Shown here: piece after piece, positions 55,207-60,145 of the stretch
Numbering within the stretch: position 1 is the stretch's first letter
Layout of the letters: every line of letters starts with the position of its first letter
IMG/VR virus record: IMGVR_UViG_3300049893_003322
Direction: 5' to 3' (one strand)
From: a virus
DNA length: 60,145 nt
Translations under genes and position numbers: made by a program
The notes under the pieces: generated by a model
Seen by the model: the letters and a program-made list of their open reading frames with translations, nothing else
Told to the model about the DNA's origin: nothing
The model's database searches: none

Positions 55207-55527
55207 TTATATGAAGGTTTGTTCGGCTGCCGTGACCACGGCCCCCGCGTCAAAACCCTCCCCCAGTCGCGCGAGCCAGGCTTCGGCCAGATCATACGCC
55301 CACACGCCAACCCCGGGATGCGTGTCCACCCACTGCTGGACCGACCCACTGCGGCGCTCGATTTCGGTGACCAGGGCGCTGGCGTGGTCGGCGACAACGC
55401 TCAACACCTCAATGAAACCGACGCTGCGTCCGTACTGTGGAATCACGTGCGCCCGGGCTTCGGGACTGAGGTCCGTCGCCAGGGCAGCTGCCAGGAGGGC
55501 CCGATCGTGCATCTGTTGTTGCGTCAT
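55207..55527 (-). CDS. hypothetical protein
   Basis: Internal Met MTQQQM with GGAG upstream. Confidence 0.4.
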   Translation of the reverse strand: MTQQQMHDRALLAAALATDLSPEARAHVIPQYGRSVGFIEVLSVVADHASALVTEIERRSGSVQQWVDTHPGVGVWAYDLAEAWLARLGEGFDAGAVVTAAEQTFI

Positions 55528-55560
55528 GGTTGTGCTCCGTGTGTCAGCTGTCATTGGTCT

Positions 55561-55650
55561 GTACTCCGCGAGGTTCGCATCGGGAAGGTAGCCCGCGCAC
55601 GGATGCGGACGTGCGTGGGCAGTGGAGCACGTCAGGCGGATCGGTGCAGG
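55561..55650. repeat. intergenic repeat copy 2 with stem-loop
   Basis: Paralogous to 55118..55205. Hairpin at 55591-55620. Confidence 0.7.
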
Positions 55651-55889
55651 GGGTCGGGCCGGTCAAAGTCCGGCCCGAGGGTTTGCACGATCAGAGTGTT
55701 CAGCTGGTCGTAGATCTTCCGGGCATCGCCCTTCCAACCATGGTGGCGCTTGAGTATCGTCGACATCTTCCGCCCTCGCGAAAGACTCATCCCGATTCGC
55801 AGTTCAATGCCCAGCGCCGAACGTTGGGCGAGCAGCTGCGCTGCACGGGTGTTGCGCTCTCCAGCGATCGCCAGAACGTCTTGTGACAT
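55632..55889 (-). CDS. small hypothetical protein
   Basis: 85-aa ORF. Confidence 0.35.
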   Translation of the reverse strand: MSQDVLAIAGERNTRAAQLLAQRSALGIELRIGMSLSRGRKMSTILKRHHGWKGDARKIYDQLNTLIVQTLGPDFDRPDPLHRSA

Positions 55890-55927
55890 TTAGCAGCTCC
55901 AGTTAAGGTTGCCGCACCAGAAGGAAA

Positions 55928-55962
55928 GCACCCACGCTCGGGTGCGTAACGAGCGTGGGTGC
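55928..55962. promoter_or_regulatory. intergenic stem-loop (terminator/attenuator-like)
   Basis: GCACCCACGCTCG-ggtgcgtaac-GAGCGTGGGTGC, a 13-bp stem. Confidence 0.55.
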
Positions 55963-55971
55963 CGGATGTCG

Positions 55972-56364
55972 TCAATCCAGCCGGTCCGTTGCGTATACAT
56001 CGAACCCGGCTTCCCGCCATACTGAGGCGAACGCGCGGGCAAACGCGCACTTGCGCGCGTGACTCTGGTTGTACTCGAACACCCAGTACATGCAGACTCC
56101 GCCTCCGTACTCTTTTCGGGCTTTTTTGTGCCTGACTAGCCAGCGGGCTAACGAACACCGACCATCCACCAGCACCACCCAGGCGAATCCACACAAACCA
56201 TCCACGACAGGGCGGTACCCCGGAATATGCATGGGCGTCGGAACCTCCGCTGCTCCCGCTGCCGTACCGGCCGCCACAGCAGCGTTCCACAGCCGCTCGA
56301 ACTCCACATACTGGGCCTCCCGCGCTTGCTTCTCGATCTTATCCTTCAAGCTCTCGTACTGCAT
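55972..56364 (-). CDS. hypothetical protein
   Basis: Internal Met MQYESLK with GGAG upstream. 131 aa. Confidence 0.45.
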   Translation of the reverse strand: MQYESLKDKIEKQAREAQYVEFERLWNAAVAAGTAAGAAEVPTPMHIPGYRPVVDGLCGFAWVVLVDGRCSLARWLVRHKKARKEYGGGVCMYWVFEYNQSHARKCAFARAFASVWREAGFDVYATDRLD

Positions 56365-56389
56365 GGTGTATTCGTGCTCCGTGTGAGGT

Positions 56390-56413
56390 CCGCCGAACGA
56401 AGGTGTTCGGCGG
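56390..56413. promoter_or_regulatory. leader stem-loop upstream of the 55972..56364 gene
   Basis: CCGCCGAAC-gaaggt-GTTCGGCGG. Confidence 0.5.
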
Positions 56414-56428
56414 GTACGAGTTAGCTCG

Positions 56429-56719
56429 CTAGCGTGCGAGGGCCGTGCGTGCGTTGGCATACGCCTCGAACTCGGCTCCGATTCGGGGACGGGAAGTCTG
56501 TTGCAACGCCTGCACCAACCGATTCCGAATCTGCGGATGGATGCGGAATCGGCTCAGGGCCTGCACCAACCCCTCGACCTGGGGCCTGGCGTAGGCCACG
56601 GCCATGTGGGGGTAAGTGGTGGCGACCGCAACGGCGCGGGCGAAGGCGGCGTCATCGAGCAAGGCGTTGTTGCAGTCGGTGACGAAGCTCTTGGGCTGGA
56701 ACGTGATGTGGGTACGCAT
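56429..56719 (-). CDS. hypothetical protein
   Basis: Internal Met MRTHITF with AGGAG upstream. Confidence 0.4.
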   Translation of the reverse strand: MRTHITFQPKSFVTDCNNALLDDAAFARAVAVATTYPHMAVAYARPQVEGLVQALSRFRIHPQIRNRLVQALQQTSRPRIGAEFEAYANARTALAR

Positions 56720-56754
56720 GATGTTGGACTCCTTGAGGTGAGCGCACAGGAAAA

Positions 56755-56785
56755 GCCCGCTCCGTGGTGCGCGCACGGAGCGGGC
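56755..56785. promoter_or_regulatory. intergenic stem-loop
   Basis: GCCCGCTCCGTG-gtgcgcg-CACGGAGCGGGC, a 12-bp stem. Confidence 0.55.
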
Positions 56786-56802
56786 GAAACTTCAGCTTCA
56801 GC

Positions 56803-57060
56803 TTACACGTCGCTCTGGTGCAGGACCCTTACGACACGTTCGACGGTTTTCACTTCCACTTCCACCAACTCGGCGATGTAGAAGCGTGTACTCAGATCCT
56901 CCATGGCTTGGTACGCTTCGACAATCGCCCCACTCAGGAACCACTCTCCCTGCCGAGGTGCGCGGAACGCGCCGGTGGCCCGGGCGCGGACCTTGGGATG
57001 TCTCCCTCCGGTGGTCGATGACAAAAGCGATGCGAGTGGGTACAGCTTGGCTTGGTCCAT
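56803..57060 (-). CDS. small hypothetical protein
   Basis: AGGAGG 7 nt upstream of the ATG. 85 aa. Confidence 0.45.
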   Translation of the reverse strand: MDQAKLYPLASLLSSTTGGRHPKVRARATGAFRAPRQGEWFLSGAIVEAYQAMEDLSTRFYIAELVEVEVKTVERVVRVLHQSDV

Positions 57061-57137
57061 TTTGTCCTCCTTTCAGGGTTATGCGCGGGAGAAGCAAGCC
57101 CCGAGCGTGTACGCGCTCGACGAGGCTTGCTAAGGAA

Positions 57138-57446
57138 CTACGCCAGCCGCCTCGCCGCGTTGAGCACATAGCGAATCGCCCGCTCGTTGCGGGCGTAGAG
57201 CACGAGCTTCTCGGCGTTGCCCTTGGCGGCGCGCTGCCATTCCGCCGTCTCTGCCAACATCTTCGTGCACACGCGCTCGATGGCGGCAAAGCTCCAGCCG
57301 GGAAGTTTGGCGACCTGGCGGGCGCGCAGTTCCCCTTCGGCGGCCGAGGTGGCGTGCAGGAAGAGCGTGCGCGTGCGCGTGGGCTCCGGGCGCAAGTCGG
57401 AGCGGGAGGACGTGATCGTGAGCTTGTTGGTGGTGATACGCATGGT
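57138..57446 (-). CDS. small protein, paralog family A (KLPGW motif)
   Basis: Internal Met MRITTN with GGAG upstream. VAKLPGWSFAAIERVCTKM is homologous to the protein at 58754..59050. Confidence 0.5.
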   Translation of the reverse strand, partial: TMRITTNKLTITSSRSDLRPEPTRTRTLFLHATSAAEGELRARQVAKLPGWSFAAIERVCTKMLAETAEWQRAAKGNAEKLVLYARNERAIRYVLNAARRLA

Positions 57447-57594
57447 CGTGTTCTCCAGAGGAATGAGTGGCACGAGCAGAGTTGCTCGTGCCGGGTGTTG
57501 CACCAGCTATTCGGTTACGCACGCGGAAACCCGAAACCACGGATTCCGGCCGCTTCGGCGGCGTCCTGCAAACGAAGTGGTCTCCTGAGTTGGG

Positions 57595-57990
57595 TTAGAT
57601 GTTGCGACTGACGGACTGTTCGACGAAAAACTCACGCGTTCGCCGCGCCGGACGTACGGCGACACTCGAATACACGTAGCACCCGCAGCAATCGTGCTCA
57701 TGTCCGCAATGCATTCCCGGGGGCGCCGTTACATCACGCTCCAGCAGGATAGCCACAATCGTGCGCGTCAGGTCGTCTGGGCGCGTCCGAACGCGCAGTG
57801 CCAAGTCTCGGGGTAACCGCACTCGACCCCGCCAGACCATACCATCCCCGGACGGCACCGTGTACGCAGACAGCAGTTTGGTGGACTCTCCCCACGACTG
57901 CTTTTCGGCATCGCGGGTGCGGGCATCTTGGGGACGTCCCGTCGCCCAGTGGAAGCTCGGCGAGTAGGCATAGAAGCGTTTGGAACGCAT
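57595..57990 (-). CDS. hypothetical metal-binding protein
   Basis: Internal Met MRSKRFY with AGGAG upstream. Carries HCGHEHDCCGC. Confidence 0.4.
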   Translation of the reverse strand: MRSKRFYAYSPSFHWATGRPQDARTRDAEKQSWGESTKLLSAYTVPSGDGMVWRGRVRLPRDLALRVRTRPDDLTRTIVAILLERDVTAPPGMHCGHEHDCCGCYVYSSVAVRPARRTREFFVEQSVSRNI

Positions 57991-58024
57991 GCGTGTTCTC
58001 CTTAGGTTGCCGCACACGAGAAAA

Positions 58025-58056
58025 CCCACGGACGCGGTGCGGGGCGCATCCGTGGG
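58025..58056. promoter_or_regulatory. leader stem-loop
   Basis: CCCACGGACGCG-gtgcgggg-CGCATCCGTGGG, with one mismatch. Confidence 0.5.
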
Positions 58057-58089
58057 AGGATGTTCAGCTGCGCTTGGTTTGCGGCTCGC

Positions 58090-58350
58090 TCACTCGTTTT
58101 CGCGGATGAACTTGTAAATCGCAGCGTTCGATTGCGGGTTGATGCCCAGAATCCGCGCGGCACGCTTCATGGTCTTGGAGACATTCACACTGCTGCCACG
58201 CTGTATTGTGGTGACCATTTTCTCGGCCACCCGATCCGCGTAGACGTCGGGCGTTTCGCCCGGCCGCAGCATGTATTCGGCTGGCGTTTTCCGCACAGCG
58301 ACTGCAAGCTCGGCTTTGTAGAGGGCCAGGAACGTTTCTGCGTTTGTCAT
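58090..58350 (-). CDS. hypothetical protein
   Basis: The ORF-track start at 58416 has no ribosome-binding site and the internal Met was chosen tentatively. Confidence 0.3.
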   Translation of the reverse strand: MTNAETFLALYKAELAVAVRKTPAEYMLRPGETPDVYADRVAEKMVTTIQRGSSVNVSKTMKRAARILGINPQSNAAIYKFIRENE

Positions 58351-58437
58351 GAGGCTTTGTATACGCGCGTTGGATGTGAAACTGCTGGGGGCTGGTGAAC
58401 ACGTGCTTGCAAGCAAGCTTCCGAATGCGAAGGCCTT

Positions 58438-58618
58438 CTACACCAGCACGCCGACCGCGCGGTAGCGCACGAGAACGTTCCCTTCCCAGATGGCAAACGT
58501 ACCGTTCAGGTAGGGCACAACCCGGTGTTGCTCCACGGCCTTGTCGTACAGCTGCTGCCACTCTTCGAGCGTACGCGTGGACGGACCGGTGGCCGAGGAC
58601 TTCGCGGGGATGAGTTTC
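58438..58618 (-). CDS. small hypothetical protein
   Basis: Internal Met MKLIPAK with GGAGAA upstream. 60 aa. Confidence 0.4.
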
Positions 58619-58753
58619 ATAGCTGAATGTTCTCCAAGCGCGCAGAGAAGGGAGCCTCGCACAAGTGCATGCGCGCTATGCACTTACGCGAGGTCGAGCG
58701 AGGCCCAGTGGGCAAGTGCCGTTAGGCACGCCGCTCAACTGGGCCGGTGGGAC

Positions 58754-59050
58754 TTACGCTTTCATGCCCCTTGCGACCCGCCACACCAGCGCATACGCCT
58801 TCCGCTTCTCCGGGGAGATGGACAGCTTGTCCTTGCGCTTGGCACAAGTGCGGATGATGGCGTCGAGCGACCAGCCGGGGAGCTTGCAGACCTGTCGGAT
58901 GGTATACTCGGCGTGCGGCTCGCTGACGCACGCCGCGAGCAGGTCCTTGACACCGTTGCCCGGGCGCGGGTTAGCTAGCGTGCGGTCGAGCTGCCGGCCG
59001 ATGCGCGAGACGGTGGTCAGGTAGGTGGGGGTAATGGTGGGACTACGCAT
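58754..59050 (-). CDS. small protein, paralog family A
   Basis: Internal Met MRSPTIT with AGGAG upstream. VCKLPGWSLDAIIRTCAKR...EKRKAYALVW match 57138..57446 and the partial ORF at 60004. Confidence 0.5.
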   Translation of the reverse strand: MRSPTITPTYLTTVSRIGRQLDRTLANPRPGNGVKDLLAACVSEPHAEYTIRQVCKLPGWSLDAIIRTCAKRKDKLSISPEKRKAYALVWRVARGMKA

Positions 59051-59069
59051 GGATGTACTCCTTTCGTGA

Positions 59070-59089
59070 GTTAGGCACAGCCGCCTAAC
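59070..59089. promoter_or_regulatory. conserved leader stem-loop GTTAGG...CCTAAC upstream of SD+ATG
   Basis: GTTAGGC-acagcc-GCCTAAC lies 20 nt upstream of the ATG with AGGAG between. The same architecture recurs at about 59660 and 59950. Confidence 0.5.
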
Positions 59090-59104
59090 GGGCAGCGGAC
59101 AGAA

Positions 59105-59165
59105 TGTCCGCACGCCAGCGCGGGGGATTCGAACCCCCAGATCCCGGCACCAAACGCTGGTTTGT
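59105..59165 (-). pseudogene. truncated tRNA-like element (acceptor + T-arm only)
   Basis: GGGGG-UUCGAAU-CCCCC T-arm with a flanking 7-bp acceptor-like helix (CCAGCGU/GCGCUGG). No D-arm or anticodon arm is discernible. Confidence 0.45.
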
Positions 59166-59346
59166 GGGCCGCGCGACTTCGGATATACCTCCGGCCACGT
59201 TTGCGAAGACGGGCCTAGATGTTTTACCCACATAGGCTCCTCTGGATTGGGCCTGTTACCAGGTATTAGTTGTGGCGGGTGGAGGGATGGGTTCAAGCAT
59301 TAGTTGCTCCTGGAAACTGTGAGTTGGAAGTGCCAGCAGCTACGGG

Positions 59347-59646
59347 TTAGTTACATGGCACAAGTAAGGGATGTAGCGGGATGTCTACATATCCCGATTT
59401 GACGTAGCCGTAGGCAAAGCCGATAATGCCGGCCACTTCAAGCACTAGGCCGATGCCGGCAAACTCGGAATAGTCGCGCAGCGCAACCTGTTGGGGATTC
59501 GTCGGCGGTTCCAGAAAATTGACGCTGACGCGGAGCATGTCCCCTGAGGGGTCTACAAGTAAAATGCAGGGCCACCGACCGCCGTTGGGGAAGCGCCTGA
59601 CTTCCACGTTGTAGGGATGGCCGTGGAATGTGATACGGGAGTCCAT
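59347..59646 (-). CDS. hypothetical protein
   Basis: 99-aa ORF with AGGAG upstream. Hydrophobic C-terminus. Confidence 0.5.
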   Translation of the reverse strand: MDSRITFHGHPYNVEVRRFPNGGRWPCILLVDPSGDMLRVSVNFLEPPTNPQQVALRDYSEFAGIGLVLEVAGIIGFAYGYVKSGYVDIPLHPLLVPCN

Positions 59647-59718
59647 ATGATGTGCTCCTTTCGATGATTGGGAGTTAGCGAGCAGTTGGTGCGCCCACCG
59701 CTAGACCCTAACTACCAA

Positions 59719-59925
59719 TTATCGCTTGCGGGCCACACGCTTCGCGGCGTCCAGCGTCCACGGGGGTTGCCGCAAGAGCTCCCGGATGCGACGTCGCGCG
59801 TCTCGACGTACCTGTTGCCGTCGATACTGATCGACGCACCAGTCCGTTAGGGCCAATGCGGCGAACATCGCGGCCGAGAGGGCGATGCTGCCGAGTATGA
59901 CGACGAGCAGGATATGGCTACGCAT
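59719..59925 (-). CDS. small membrane protein
   Basis: N-terminal transmembrane helix ILLVVILGSIALSAAMFAALAL. GGAGAA upstream of the ATG. Confidence 0.5.
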   Translation of the reverse strand: MRSHILLVVILGSIALSAAMFAALALTDWCVDQYRRQQVRRDARRRIRELLRQPPWTLDAAKRVARKR

Positions 59926-60003
59926 GGTGATGTTCTCCGTGATTGGGAGTTAGGTGGACACCCGGGCATTTGCCGCGTGCCCACCTAACTATGGGAACCG
60001 GTT

Positions 60004-60145
60004 GTCAGGCGGGTCCAGCCGACTGCGACTACTTGGCCAAGTCCTTGGCGACGGCAAGGCAGAGTTTGTAGGCCTTGCGCTTGTCGGCGCTCAGGTTGCT
60101 GTTGCCCGCTTGCGTGGCGCACTTCCTGATCACGGATTGCAGGGA
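60004..60145 (-). CDS. paralog family A protein, partial (C-terminus only, continues beyond window)
   Basis: The translation ends ...DKRKAYKLCLAVAKDLAK, homologous to the C-termini of 57138..57446 and 58754..59050. Confidence 0.45.

Noticed and set aside
59052-59296. N-terminal half of ORF 58754..59296.
   Set aside because: The region contains the tRNA-like element. The paralog alignment and a strong SD indicate that the real gene begins at 59050.

Overview
This 60.1-kb window (about 60% GC) reads as part of a temperate double-stranded DNA phage or prophage genome. From about 6.1 kb onward almost every gene is on the minus strand, with overlapping start and stop codons and GGAGG-type ribosome-binding sites.

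Main contents:
- 91-6022 (+): a short operon with a Ser/Thr/Gly-rich virion-like protein, a GT2 glycosyltransferase, an SDR sugar epimerase/dehydratase, a small HNH endonuclease and a second GT-A-like transferase, ending in a strong rho-independent hairpin.
- 6567-9026 (-): an 850-aa open reading frame that aligns along its whole length with the eukaryotic major vault protein (MVP). It is followed on the minus strand by a small HTH protein, RtcB RNA ligase, an SPFH/band-7 protein and its small membrane partner.
- 12354-24257 (-): a tmRNA gene plus 40 tRNA genes, none with an encoded CCA end, that together carry anticodons for all 20 amino acids. The array includes an initiator tRNA, Ile(UAU), three Ala tRNAs with G3:U70, four Ser tRNAs, and three unusual Leu-anticodon tRNAs with short variable arms. 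A (CA)28 microsatellite abuts the 3' end of tRNA-Ser(GCU).
- Small genes interleaved with the tRNAs: a metallophosphoesterase, a DUF2493/SLOG protein, a macro-domain protein, a DnaJ-type zinc-finger miniprotein, a DUF4326 protein, a SpoT/RelA-type HD hydrolase, a HAD phosphatase, a kinase-like protein and an HNH endonuclease.
- 26-54 kb: class II ribonucleotide reductase (NrdJ), three tandem pentapeptide-repeat protein genes with a fourth paralog at 53.7 kb, and a RuvB-like helicase with an N-terminal transmembrane extension placed next to a tyrosine integrase. The same stretch also carries NAD salvage (NadV/NatV), ThyX, a SWIM zinc-finger protein and its ATP-dependent DNA ligase paralog, an AAA+ ATPase and a large GHKL ATPase.
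- 54.6-60.1 kb: an array of small early-type genes, each preceded by a stem-loop plus a Shine-Dalgarno sequence, with a paralogous roughly 100-aa family and a truncated tRNA-like element at 59.1 kb.

Coordinates of RNA genes were read by eye and are approximate (about +/-3 nt). Many CDS starts were moved from the ORF-track start to an internal Met where a Shine-Dalgarno sequence, a homolog N-terminus or an upstream tRNA required it.
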